DNA of 64,000 nucleotides from Bdellovibrionales bacterium. Its GTDB lineage: Bacteria > Bdellovibrionota_C > UBA2361 > SZUA-149 > JAGRAN01. The stretch covers positions 1,157-65,156 of the forward strand of contig JAGRAN010000043.1 of assembly GCA_020434585.1 (NCBI GenBank), given 5' to 3'. A program made the position numbers and the translations under genes. Positions 10,001-18,583 of the stretch are shown piece by piece; positions within the stretch are counted from its first letter, which is position 1; each line of letters begins with the position of its first letter. The notes beneath the pieces are model-generated. The model did not search any database. It was not told the DNA's origin and worked only from the letters and a program-made list of their open reading frames with translations.

Positions 10001-11004
10001 TCAGTGGATACTCCGACATTGTTTTGGAACCTAGCCTGCCCCCGCTGATTAAAGGAGAGATCGAGATTCTGGGCGCCCTTTACGAAAGGAACGTCTCGCT
10101 CGGAGATATCATCGAAGCAGCTCTTTCCCTGCTGCGCGACCAACAAAGCGTTAAGGTAAAACGTGGGGTAGCTGCCGACCGAGACAGCACACGTCTCGAC
10201 GTTCGACTGCACGCCGGCGAATCGCTTCAAATTGAGAGCGATCTACTTAAGACCACGATGCGCGGTGACGTCAGAATCGGCGGAACGACTCTTCAACCGA
10301 CCGTTGAAGGCGATATTCAAGTGCTCGAGGGCTCGTTTGGACTGAGCTCTTCAAAATTTGATATCCTCAGCGGTTCGATAACATTTCCCAAGAACTCACT
10401 CGTAATCGACCCAGAAATATCGTTTGCAGCTGAAACTGTCGTCCAGACAAGCTCTCGCGAAGAACATCGCGTGCTGCTAACTCTAGGCGGCACAGCCAGA
10501 AATCCGGATGTCGGCATGTCGACCGACAGCGGCATGAGTGAAAGGGAAATTGTTGGCCTGCTCAACATCGGCGGATCTACTGGGAGTCTTTCCCTTCTAT
10601 CTTGGGAACAGGGCCGCGATGACTACACTTACGCCGAACTCCTTAGCCCAAAAACTGACATCAGCTTGCGCAATAGATTAAAGAGTCTGCTTGGATTTAG
10701 TAGATTCGAAATTGAAACTAGACGCAGAGTGGAAACGAACGAGCTAATCCCTCGTGTTGCGGGATCGCGCGAGGTTACACCCGATCTTTCCTTCACTTTG
10801 TACTCAGATCTTGGCGGCAGCTCCAATGAGCAAGGGGCCAAACTGGACTACGAACTAACTCCGTATGTCGGTGCCTTTGCCGAATGGCGGAGCGAACCGT
10901 ACACGAAGGATGAATCATCCGCAGGTGTGCCGGGCGCAGGCCTCATCTTTCGCCGAAATTTTCCCGGGACAGGCATTCTCCCAAGACAGCTGGTGGAAGA
11001 ATAG
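7045..11004 (+). CDS. tamB: TamB-like translocation and assembly module protein (1319 aa)
   Basis: N-terminal signal-anchor. Very long beta-rich repetitive body. C-terminal DUF490-like region. It is immediately followed by an Omp85 gene. Confidence 0.7.
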   Translation: MTNSPPPPRRRVSVKRLIVVLLLLAGFFAIRPSLDDTLKSIVEDVFTKGTGCNTTIQSAHLQFIPIGATAENAAIRCEGENAPGGFTAKKVSIRIDPLQLLGKKIYLQDLHISGAQVVSIGTKSALIKTVEFVTEKPAPKPNAKKSWHSFISTGWKVELSGLEISSAPQSAFDTPRSGPEDELWQSPDLTIGVDDFEFVWKDVRFTATHTERKYPFSRLFARAGGFGVKRRDAGGISLGYIDAGVSIENGRLEVIHAYTRYGPPAGQPQVSRLTAEGGMNIRDRTYDFRAKADLYPEFLATLLPAASKTIFDSELKASIDGTVTGKLSDPILTGDFNFRVASPLAMYEQEACAFKRIDSKFKLTTDLLHLYDIQIGDLISSSDVSLQLLGDYAFTADLDYAINRSSPFVEKCLAATDSSGEQWLDVTLRNAVANSRGNVAARGTVSPLFANGTWVSHFHSTDVSDKATLKSTFNLSDGKLSVSLKERGDVAQVRESPIIDEGAATARSTTFQTTTNANIDLVLAYYFGSGKLGLEKCRVKRYPLSRLLARLAPFMPQRVLANASDFVTEDSLLDLNFKLSRDAADKPWIGNGTINARSLEYHGFPVTSLDAPFSMQGGALEISEITATSAFGQLNGSIALGAKDTLSGTLRLDVPDLSYVPWWKDVMPDMTAALQGVVELQGTTDSPNIKGELQIQPSTDLDSPIELVSYTSFKTESGALIGDAELFGKRASATWSYPLSEDSKKPLKIEMRADKFPISVLLPSHIRKLLSEQVSDQNGSLSGTLIYSAAPPNLNRGNGELTLDELTLQTPSARIRNPQPIYIDIVEGTFKFNDLILLANDRELSIKGSAGAVTGWNVDLSSNWELGALTSMIRQVEQLSGELELNASIYGDFDSPRLAGSAKLRKGTASMKLDETFIGANKLEGEIRIADDSLLLERLEGQVGQGHLIAQGRLDQLFSPTSRNGVIEIVATEVSIQPSDVINIRFSGYSDIVLEPSLPPLIKGEIEILGALYERNVSLGDIIEAALSLLRDQQSVKVKRGVAADRDSTRLDVRLHAGESLQIESDLLKTTMRGDVRIGGTTLQPTVEGDIQVLEGSFGLSSSKFDILSGSITFPKNSLVIDPEISFAAETVVQTSSREEHRVLLTLGGTARNPDVGMSTDSGMSEREIVGLLNIGGSTGSLSLLSWEQGRDDYTYAELLSPKTDISLRNRLKSLLGFSRFEIETRRRVETNELIPRVAGSREVTPDLSFTLYSDLGGSSNEQGAKLDYELTPYVGAFAEWRSEPYTKDESSAGVPGAGLIFRRNFPGTGILPRQLVEE

Positions 11005-11005
11005 C

Positions 11006-13852
11006 ATGCTGCATCGCGCTTACATACTAGGTGTCGCTGCTCTTATTTGGAGCGTATCATTCGCGGCACCCGCTGCTGCAGCAGAACCACAACTAGACTA
11101 CACTCAGTTATCTGGCGCGCTGTCGGGCAAGTCCGTAAGCACTGTTAGTTATTTGCGCGGCCAAAGTGTAGTAGCGCTACAGCGAGTTCCAAAAGCTGCT
11201 CGAATTTTGCCTGAGACTGTGCTTGAAGCAGAGTCCGTATCTAACGCAGTAAAAGCGCTGTATCGCCAGGACATTTACAGCCACATTGATGTTGAAGCAA
11301 AAGTTGAAAAGGGCAATCAAGTTGCGCTCAAGTTTTATCTAACACCGACGTTGATAGTTAGAGATACCGAATTCTTCGGCGTAACTGCATATAAATCGCG
11401 AGAGCTGCGTCGGATTGCAGGACTTAGACGAGGCAGGCCCGTTGACCCGCGAACAATGCTTGATGCGGTTCAAAAACTCGAAACAGCTTTTCACCAAGCC
11501 GGTTACTACCAACCTCGCATTGACGTTACGCTTAGACAAAGCCGGAGTCTTTCTTCAGTGCTGGTCCAATTCACTGTTATTGAAGGCAAGCGTTCTGTTG
11601 TCAGTAATATAACTCTCGACGGCGAAATTCCTCCCGATTTATCAGCAGTTGTCGAGAAATATATTAAGCGCTCTCGCAAGGCTATCGCGTCAAAACGCCG
11701 AGTTGAAGAGCTACGTCGTGAGCTGGTTCGGACCCTGCGGGGCGAAGGATACCTTGAGGCTGCTGTGCGCACGGAGAGCTTGCGCTACCTCCATGAGTCA
11801 GGTGACATTGCTTTAGAGTTTGCAGTCGATGTTCAGCAGCCGATAAGCATCAGCTTTACTGGAAATGTTCACTTCAGCGCGTCGGAACTTATCGAATTGC
11901 TGAAACTTGACACTAGGACAGCACCATTCGGCCCCAACGCCATCCCTAATTTTGTTCGAGATATTCGCGACCTTTACGAACGCGACGGTTATTACGGCGT
12001 TAAGCTCTCGCATCAGGCATTGTCCGATTCCGGAGCAAGACGCCGCCATCTAATCGAAATAACCGAGGGTCCAGTCAGTCGGATTAAGAGAATTCGCTTC
12101 GACGGCAATGCTGCGTTCAGCGATGACGAACTTAGCCGCCTGATCTCGACTAGCGAACCCAGCGTAGTCTTTGCACCTTGGAAGAAAGGCTTCCTGGTCA
12201 GCGCTCGCCTGGCAAAGGATGTTGAATCGATAAAGGATTTCTACCGAACTAATGGATTCTTTTATGCAGAGATAAATTCAGACGTTCAAACACGCAGCGA
12301 CGGCAAGCAGCTGGTTGTCAGTTTTGTTATTAAGGAAAACAAACAAACTACTGTTTCGTCTGTAATTGTTAATTGGATCGATGCCGCGAAGCCAAACCGT
12401 AAAGACATTGCTGCTAAATTGTTAACAATTAGTCCAGATATCATGTTGGGCGATGTTTTGTCGGTGGCTGCGCTCGAACAAGCCCGCCAAAAATTGCTCT
12501 CTGACATATACGCGCTCGGTTTCCCCGAAGCTCGAGCGACTCCACGCTATGACATAGACTCTGGAGAAGTTGGGTTCGATGTATCTCTCGGGCAGCAAGT
12601 CACCGTTGCGGACATAGTAATTCGAGGTAACCGCGCTACGCTTAACTCGGTAATTCGCCGTGAGTTGTTGGTTTCTCCGGGCGAGGCTTGGAACCCTGAG
12701 TTAATTCGAAAATCTGAACACTCATTATATCAACTTGGAGTTTTTCAGAATGTAAAACTCGAGCCGGAAGACGGCGCGATTGATCAAGCGGAAGAGGTCT
12801 TGGCGGTTTCGTTGATCGAACGTGATACTGGGGGTCTAGCAGCGGGCGTTAGCTACAACACGGAAGACGGGATTGGCTTGTTGACCGAGCTTTCCCAGCG
12901 CAACGTTTTCGGCAGAGCTCACAGATTCGTTTTAAGCGCAGAGTTGTTCTTTCGCAACGGAGACAGATTTATTGACGCCGCTCGGGGCCGAGTCGGTTAC
13001 AACCTTCCCCGCTTCATCACGCGCGACGGCGAACTTTACTCCGAGATATTTGCGCAGGAAGAAGTCGAGTTCTCTCAGAGCTTCAGTTACGACCGGCACG
13101 GCGCGTCAACGGTATACCGTCAGCAGCTTACCGAATCGCTCAGCGGTAGCCTCGGTTATACTATTTTCAACGAAAACTTGTTTGACGTCCCACAGGCGAT
13201 AGTTGCGGGACCGAATGATAGCGGCCACACATTTTATTCAGGAATCCGCACTGAGTTAATTCTTGATAGGCGAAACGATATTTACAATCCTTCTTCTGGT
13301 TATCAATCAAAACTTGCCCTGTTCGCGATGCCGGAAGCTTTTGGTTCAGAAGTATCGATTGTTGGCGCTACATTTACCCAAAGCTTTTTCTTGAAATTTA
13401 ATGAATCGCTTGTCTGGGCGAATAACGCTCGAGCCGAGATTATCGAGCCTTTCGCTAGTACCGACGTAGTTCCTTTAGGACGCCGGCTGTTTTTGGGCGG
13501 CCGCACAACTCTTCGCGGCTACTCACCTAATTCAATCGGCCCAAAAGGCGACGAAGGCTACGTTGCTGGAGGTGATTCCAGCTTGCTGCTCAATTCGGAG
13601 CTGCACTTCGAAGTTGCCCAGGACGTAATACTCTTGACGTTTCTTGACGTCGGCCAAGCGGTGCTACGCCATCGAGGCACTTTCGAAGGAGACACTCAGT
13701 CGTACTTCGGCGACCTTAGATACTCCCCGGGATTGGGGCTGCGCTATCGCAGTCCGATCGGCCCGATCGGTGCGGACCTGGGATTTGCCGTTAATCAGAA
13801 AAAGGGAGAAGAATTCGGTCGCTTGTCGATCAACATCGGCGGAGCGTTTTAA
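11006..13852 (+). CDS. bamA: Omp85-family outer membrane protein assembly factor (BamA/TamA-like, about 948 aa from ATG 11006)
   Basis: Signal peptide MLHRAYILGVAALIWSVSFAAPAAAA. Multiple POTRA-like repeats. C-terminal beta-barrel ending in aromatic-rich strands (...GFAVNQKKGEEFGRLSINIGGAF). The ATG at 11006 lies 1 nt after the tamB stop. The track start at 10865 overlaps tamB and is rejected. Confidence 0.8.
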   Translation: MLHRAYILGVAALIWSVSFAAPAAAAEPQLDYTQLSGALSGKSVSTVSYLRGQSVVALQRVPKAARILPETVLEAESVSNAVKALYRQDIYSHIDVEAKVEKGNQVALKFYLTPTLIVRDTEFFGVTAYKSRELRRIAGLRRGRPVDPRTMLDAVQKLETAFHQAGYYQPRIDVTLRQSRSLSSVLVQFTVIEGKRSVVSNITLDGEIPPDLSAVVEKYIKRSRKAIASKRRVEELRRELVRTLRGEGYLEAAVRTESLRYLHESGDIALEFAVDVQQPISISFTGNVHFSASELIELLKLDTRTAPFGPNAIPNFVRDIRDLYERDGYYGVKLSHQALSDSGARRRHLIEITEGPVSRIKRIRFDGNAAFSDDELSRLISTSEPSVVFAPWKKGFLVSARLAKDVESIKDFYRTNGFFYAEINSDVQTRSDGKQLVVSFVIKENKQTTVSSVIVNWIDAAKPNRKDIAAKLLTISPDIMLGDVLSVAALEQARQKLLSDIYALGFPEARATPRYDIDSGEVGFDVSLGQQVTVADIVIRGNRATLNSVIRRELLVSPGEAWNPELIRKSEHSLYQLGVFQNVKLEPEDGAIDQAEEVLAVSLIERDTGGLAAGVSYNTEDGIGLLTELSQRNVFGRAHRFVLSAELFFRNGDRFIDAARGRVGYNLPRFITRDGELYSEIFAQEEVEFSQSFSYDRHGASTVYRQQLTESLSGSLGYTIFNENLFDVPQAIVAGPNDSGHTFYSGIRTELILDRRNDIYNPSSGYQSKLALFAMPEAFGSEVSIVGATFTQSFFLKFNESLVWANNARAEIIEPFASTDVVPLGRRLFLGGRTTLRGYSPNSIGPKGDEGYVAGGDSSLLLNSELHFEVAQDVILLTFLDVGQAVLRHRGTFEGDTQSYFGDLRYSPGLGLRYRSPIGPIGADLGFAVNQKKGEEFGRLSINIGGAF

Positions 13853-14088
13853 GATCCTGTAAGCTTCAAGCCCCAGACGCGACTAAGGAACATGAAGTGC
13901 ATGAGAGAAATTTTGAGGGATTTCGAGACATTGAAATTCGTGTCCCTTTACTTAAATGAGCAGCTTGGTGGATAAATACTAATACGCTTGCCTTGCTCAG
14001 AGCTGATTTCATGCTTACATAAAATTTGATAGGGTTTCGACAATTAAAGTCAATTCAGCGCCGCTGAGGCATAGGAGATTGTATTCTA

Positions 14089-14415
14089 ATGGCAGACAAT
14101 GTTTTGGAAGTAAGTGACGACACCTTTGACGCAGAGGTTCTGAAAAGCGACACACCGGTGCTGGTCGATTTTTGGGCACCTTGGTGCGGTCCGTGCCGCA
14201 GCATTGCACCAGTAATTGAAGAATTGGCTGGAGAATATGCCGGGAAGCTTAAGGTGGCGAAGATTAATGTTGATAACAACCCTAAGTCTCCGGCGAACTT
14301 CCACGTCCGCGGCATCCCAAATCTGATCATCTTCAAAAATGGTGAGCTTCAGGAACAAATCGTCGGCGCCGTGGCGAAGCAGGAAATAGTCAACGCAATA
14401 GAGAAAGTCCTCTAA
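14089..14415 (+). CDS. trxA: Thioredoxin
   Basis: 108 aa. WAPWCGPC active site. Confidence 0.9.
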   Translation: MADNVLEVSDDTFDAEVLKSDTPVLVDFWAPWCGPCRSIAPVIEELAGEYAGKLKVAKINVDNNPKSPANFHVRGIPNLIIFKNGELQEQIVGAVAKQEIVNAIEKVL

Positions 14416-14435
14416 GGCCAAGTTTCTCACTCGTA

Positions 14436-14636
14436 ATGAGCGAAATTGTATTAAACGGCGAGGCACGCTCCATAGCTGCCGGAACAGTCTCTGAGCTGCT
14501 CGAGGAGTGCAAGCTCGGCGGAAAGCGCGTTGCCGTGGAACTGAACCGTGAAATTGTCCCGCGCGATCGGTACGGTGCGACGGCTATCCATTCCGGAGAC
14601 AGTATCGAAATAGTGCACTTCGTCGGGGGCGGCTGA
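14436..14636 (+). CDS. thiS: Thiamine biosynthesis sulfur carrier protein ThiS
   Basis: 66 aa ending in a Gly-Gly C-terminus (VHFVGGG). Upstream of thiG. Confidence 0.8.
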   Translation: MSEIVLNGEARSIAAGTVSELLEECKLGGKRVAVELNREIVPRDRYGATAIHSGDSIEIVHFVGGG

Positions 14637-14671
14637 AGCTGTCCTCAAGTTCGCAGTAAGGGTGTTGTAAA

Positions 14672-15460
14672 ATGAACCCATCTACCAGCTCTGATACCTT
14701 CATTCTCGGAGGAAAGACGTTTAGCTCGCGCTTAATCGTTGGCTCAGGAAAATACGAAAGTTTTCAGCAAACACGAGAAGCAACCATTGCCGCTGGTGCG
14801 GAAATGATTACCGTTGCAGTCCGCCGGGTGAACATCACTGACCCGGCCAAGGAAAATCTACTTGAGCATCTCAGCGACTTAGATATTACAATCCTCCCGA
14901 ACACGGCGGGCTGCTACACCCTCGACGACTGCTTGCGCACCGCCCGACTTGCAAGAGAAGCCGGTGTCGGAGATTTCGTAAAAGTTGAAGTAATCGGCGA
15001 CGACAAGACCTTATTTCCAGATAATGAAAAAACGATTGAGGCGTGCAAGATTCTTTCAAATGAAGGTTTCGTCTGCATGCCGTATATTACGGACGATCCG
15101 ATAGTAGCTAAGAAGTGCGTCGACGCAGGGGCGGCTGCAGTAATGCCGCTAGCGGCACCTATCGGAAGCGGCTTGGGGCTACAGAACCCTTACAACCTCG
15201 CGATCATCATCGAACAATCCAGTGTCCCCGTGATAGTTGACGCTGGTGTCGGCACTGCATCCGATGCTTCGCGTTGCTTGGAGCTTGGCGCCACTGCAAT
15301 TCTAACAAACTCTGCAATTGCCTGTGCTAAGGACCCAGTAAAAATGGCGGGAGCTATGAAGCACGCTGTCCACGCAGGACGTGAAGCATTTCTCGCTGGC
15401 AGAATGGAGCGCAGGCTTTACGCCAATGCTTCAAGCCCGCTTTCCGGCCTAATTGCTTGA
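14672..15460 (+). CDS. thiG: Thiazole synthase ThiG
   Basis: 262 aa. ThiG TIM-barrel signature regions ([17 protein letters not shown]). Confidence 0.9.
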   Translation: MNPSTSSDTFILGGKTFSSRLIVGSGKYESFQQTREATIAAGAEMITVAVRRVNITDPAKENLLEHLSDLDITILPNTAGCYTLDDCLRTARLAREAGVGDFVKVEVIGDDKTLFPDNEKTIEACKILSNEGFVCMPYITDDPIVAKKCVDAGAAAVMPLAAPIGSGLGLQNPYNLAIIIEQSSVPVIVDAGVGTASDASRCLELGATAILTNSAIACAKDPVKMAGAMKHAVHAGREAFLAGRMERRLYANASSPLSGLIA

Positions 15461-16110
15461 TGGCCGCCGGCCCGATCCACCTAATTACAGACGGGGGCGA
15501 CTTACGCACTGCAGGACGTCTCGCCCATGTCGTTAGCGAAGCGCTTATCGGTTCCAGCGGTGCAATTTCTCACGTTCACCTAAGAGAACAAGCCGCGAAG
15601 TCGAACCCTGCCTCAGATGATGACGTAACAGCCGCTGCCGAAGAGCTGCTCGAAATTTGCCGCGAGCACGGTGCGAAACTAATCATCAATCGCAGACTGG
15701 ACATCGCAACCGCAGTAAATGCGGACGGTGTACATTTGGGCGGAAGCATCAGCGGAGTGGAGTCCGCTAAATCAATCTGCACTTCAGACTTTGTTATTGG
15801 TTACTCTGCTCATAGCGCTGACGAAGCTGCCGCCGCCGTTGAAGCAGGTGCTGACTATGTGTACTTGAGTCCCATTTTTGATCCGATTTCCAAGCCGGCG
15901 GAATTGCCCGCTCTTGGTCTCGAGGCACTTAAAACCACCGCGACTAAATTGCCCGGCAAAATAATTGCCCTCGGCGGCATCTCCTTGGAAAACGCTGCTC
16001 TGTGTCGGGACGCGGGAGCCGCCGGTATCGCGCTTATCGGGTCTCTAGTGTTAACAGAAGATCCGAAAGCAGCGGCGGCGGCACTCGCGCATGCTTGGCT
16101 GCAAAAGTAA
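15457..16110 (+). CDS. thiE: Thiamine-phosphate synthase ThiE
   Basis: 217 aa. Overlaps thiG stop by 4 nt. ThiE-like GGI/VxxxN motifs ([10 protein letters not shown]). Confidence 0.8.
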   Translation: MMAAGPIHLITDGGDLRTAGRLAHVVSEALIGSSGAISHVHLREQAAKSNPASDDDVTAAAEELLEICREHGAKLIINRRLDIATAVNADGVHLGGSISGVESAKSICTSDFVIGYSAHSADEAAAAVEAGADYVYLSPIFDPISKPAELPALGLEALKTTATKLPGKIIALGGISLENAALCRDAGAAGIALIGSLVLTEDPKAAAAALAHAWLQK

Positions 16111-17961
16111 CTATTGCAGTGTGAGCATCTGAGCCCTCGAGCACACTACATTCTCGGCCGCACCACTAGTCAGCTGGGTAGAAATAAAACGGCCGCCGAA
16201 CAATTCTGCCAATTCTTGAATGTCCTCAGGAGCCGAGCCCGGAGCTTGTGCAGCTGCCATACCAATCCATGGGCGCACCATCTGCAGCAGGAGCTCAGTG
16301 TTAGCGTAGATAAAGTAGTCTCCGCCCTCTAGCGCCTCTTGCGAATTCTCCAAGCCTTTCGAATTCGAAGCCAAATACGACGCTCCACTTTCAAGCTGCT
16401 TGCTAACCTTATCGAACGCGTAAGGATTAGAGGTAATGTAGACCGAATTTTGTCCAACCATCGCACCTCCGACCGGAACTGGCTGGCCAGTATTTATTTG
16501 AAGCCGGGGACTACCAGTTGAGCTGTCAACGGACGCAACCGGTTGCGGCAGAAACTCATTGAGTGACTCAGCAACGGCGGTCAGTGCCTCTTCTCCCTGG
16601 AGTGAGCCTTGTCCTAAGAACAGGCCTACTTCGGGCATTGGATTACCCGGAGCAAGGCTGGCAACGATTCCTAGTTCTTTAAAACCAAGGCGGTTGAATG
16701 CAGCTTCAGCATTGTCGAGCATCGCGCGGAAACGCTGAGCGTCTTGTCCTGCCTGAGCCTGATCCAAGGCGTCACCGTAATATTCCCTGAAAAAGTCAAA
16801 ATAGAACGGAACCGTGTCTAACTGAAATCGAAAAGCAAACAAGGCATTTTCCGAAACCAGTTTATGGAAGATTCCAGGCTGAGTACTATTGCTGCGAGCC
16901 TCCATTAGGCGCTTATAGAAGTTCCCCATTTTGGAGCCTTCTTCGGTCTTAACGCAGGAAAGCGAATTAAACCCTCCGTCAAAATCTACGGACGCACCCA
17001 AAACTCCCAAATCAGCAAACTGGCTGTTCAGCTGCTTTCTCAAGTCGTCCGCTGATGCAGCATCCTCTTGGCCCACGTTAACCGCCACATCGACCAGACC
17101 GTCAATCATTGTCTGCAGTTTCGGATAATCCAAATACATAAATAAGCCGGTTGCCGGCAGCAGACTTACACCGATAGCCCGCCAATCGTTGCCGGATACA
17201 AGCATCTGCTCTTCATCCGTTGCTTTAAACGAATCAATGTCTGTTGCGCCGATCGTGAACGCAACGGTATCCCCGTTTAAAAAGACAGCTCCAGGGATAT
17301 TGTGCTCTGGTCCTCCAGACATCTCATAATCGTAAACGCCTTCAGCTCCAGCGCGTTTTGAAATTTTGCCATCGTTGTCCGTCAGAGACTCCTGTCCTTT
17401 GAGAATCTCTTTGTTCAGGTAGTCGTTAAGCTTGTCGGTTGTCGCGCTGTTGGAAAACTTACCTTGAACCAGCATGTACGGAATCTTCGCTCCCTGCGGT
17501 CCCTCAATTGATTGACTGGATACGATGAACACCGCTTCCTGTAACTCATTCCAACCGTTGGAGAGTATTTCGAACGCCTTCTCGGCCTTTTCTACTTCCG
17601 CCGGATCCTGGGTGTTCTTTGCCTGCGCTCTAGCAGTCTCAATCAACGAGTTCTTCAAACCGTTAGCCTGACCGAGCTTAGTGGCGGCAATTCTTCCCCA
17701 GAAACGCTCGAGATAATTGACGGCAGGATCAACGTTACGAGGCGACACGTGCATTACAGCCAACACATCTGAGCGTACTCCGTGCAGCATCGAACCCGAG
17801 GGCACCTCTCCTCCCCCAGACGGGAGCACCACAGCTCCTTGCTGCATCGCCATGCCGCCAGAAGATGTTCCCATAACCCCTGAACCGCCTTTGCGAGAAA
17901 AATAAATCCCCGCAACAAGCGCAATCAGTACTACCGCTATCAATGCTTTTTTTGAATCCAT
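16111..17961 (-). CDS. Hypothetical signal-anchored/secreted protein (616 aa)
   Basis: N-terminal TM/signal (ALIAVVLIALVAGIYF). No recognised catalytic motif. Convergent with thiE. Confidence 0.6.
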   Translation of the reverse strand: MDSKKALIAVVLIALVAGIYFSRKGGSGVMGTSSGGMAMQQGAVVLPSGGGEVPSGSMLHGVRSDVLAVMHVSPRNVDPAVNYLERFWGRIAATKLGQANGLKNSLIETARAQAKNTQDPAEVEKAEKAFEILSNGWNELQEAVFIVSSQSIEGPQGAKIPYMLVQGKFSNSATTDKLNDYLNKEILKGQESLTDNDGKISKRAGAEGVYDYEMSGGPEHNIPGAVFLNGDTVAFTIGATDIDSFKATDEEQMLVSGNDWRAIGVSLLPATGLFMYLDYPKLQTMIDGLVDVAVNVGQEDAASADDLRKQLNSQFADLGVLGASVDFDGGFNSLSCVKTEEGSKMGNFYKRLMEARSNSTQPGIFHKLVSENALFAFRFQLDTVPFYFDFFREYYGDALDQAQAGQDAQRFRAMLDNAEAAFNRLGFKELGIVASLAPGNPMPEVGLFLGQGSLQGEEALTAVAESLNEFLPQPVASVDSSTGSPRLQINTGQPVPVGGAMVGQNSVYITSNPYAFDKVSKQLESGASYLASNSKGLENSQEALEGGDYFIYANTELLLQMVRPWIGMAAAQAPGSAPEDIQELAELFGGRFISTQLTSGAAENVVCSRAQMLTLQ

Positions 17962-17989
17962 TTAAGTCCTCTCCTGATGAAGCGAAAAT

Positions 17990-18580
17990 TTACTCTACCG
18001 CTAAGACGTCGCCGCTTTGCAGCTGCGGGTTCGGCTCTTTCCCCGCAATCACGTCGTTATAATCCAATACATACCGTTTCTCTCCCTCTGGAGATTTTCG
18101 GATAAGCGTAACGCGTCCCGGATTAGCGAATGGTGCGAAGCCCCCACCGGTAGCGATTGCCTGCAGAAAAGTTACGGAACCTTCACTGCGGTGCTCACCC
18201 GGTCGCTGGAAAGCCCCGAGCAAGAAATATTTCACCGGAGCGCTTTGCACGACAGACACTACAACTGAAGCTGCCGGAATAAAGCGCTTAAGATCCTCAG
18301 TTATCTGTCTTGTAAATTCGTCGATGGTTAGGCCCTGCGCGTGAACTTCCTTGATAAGCTTAACCGATACTTTCCCATCGTCTCTGACAAATACTTCACC
18401 GGAAACTTCCGGCTCTCCCCAAACCTGGATATTCAGCGTATCGCCTGAACGGATGCGGTAATCCGGCGCCTTCCCGGTCGCAGACTCAAGTTCGTCTAGC
18501 GGACGGCTGGAAACTCCTCCGATACAGCCTATTAAAAGCGTTAGAAGAGAAACTGCCACAAGAACTCTCATTACGCGCAT
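17990..18580 (-). CDS. Polysaccharide export protein (Wza/EpsE-like; Poly_export + SLBB)
   Basis: 196 aa. Lipoprotein-type signal (LLIGCIGG). YRIRSGDTLNIQVWGEPEVSGEVFVRDDGKVSV matches the Poly_export motif. Confidence 0.8.
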   Translation of the reverse strand: MRVMRVLVAVSLLTLLIGCIGGVSSRPLDELESATGKAPDYRIRSGDTLNIQVWGEPEVSGEVFVRDDGKVSVKLIKEVHAQGLTIDEFTRQITEDLKRFIPAASVVVSVVQSAPVKYFLLGAFQRPGEHRSEGSVTFLQAIATGGGFAPFANPGRVTLIRKSPEGEKRYVLDYNDVIAGKEPNPQLQSGDVLAVE

Positions 18581-18583
18581 TGG

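Noticed and set aside
10865-11005. Upstream start of the Omp85 ORF overlapping tamB
   Set aside because: It would overlap tamB by 140 nt. The signal peptide begins at the ATG at 11006, immediately after the tamB stop.
14416-14700. TPP riboswitch upstream of thiS/thiG
   Set aside because: Only short spacers are present and no THI-box consensus was recognised.
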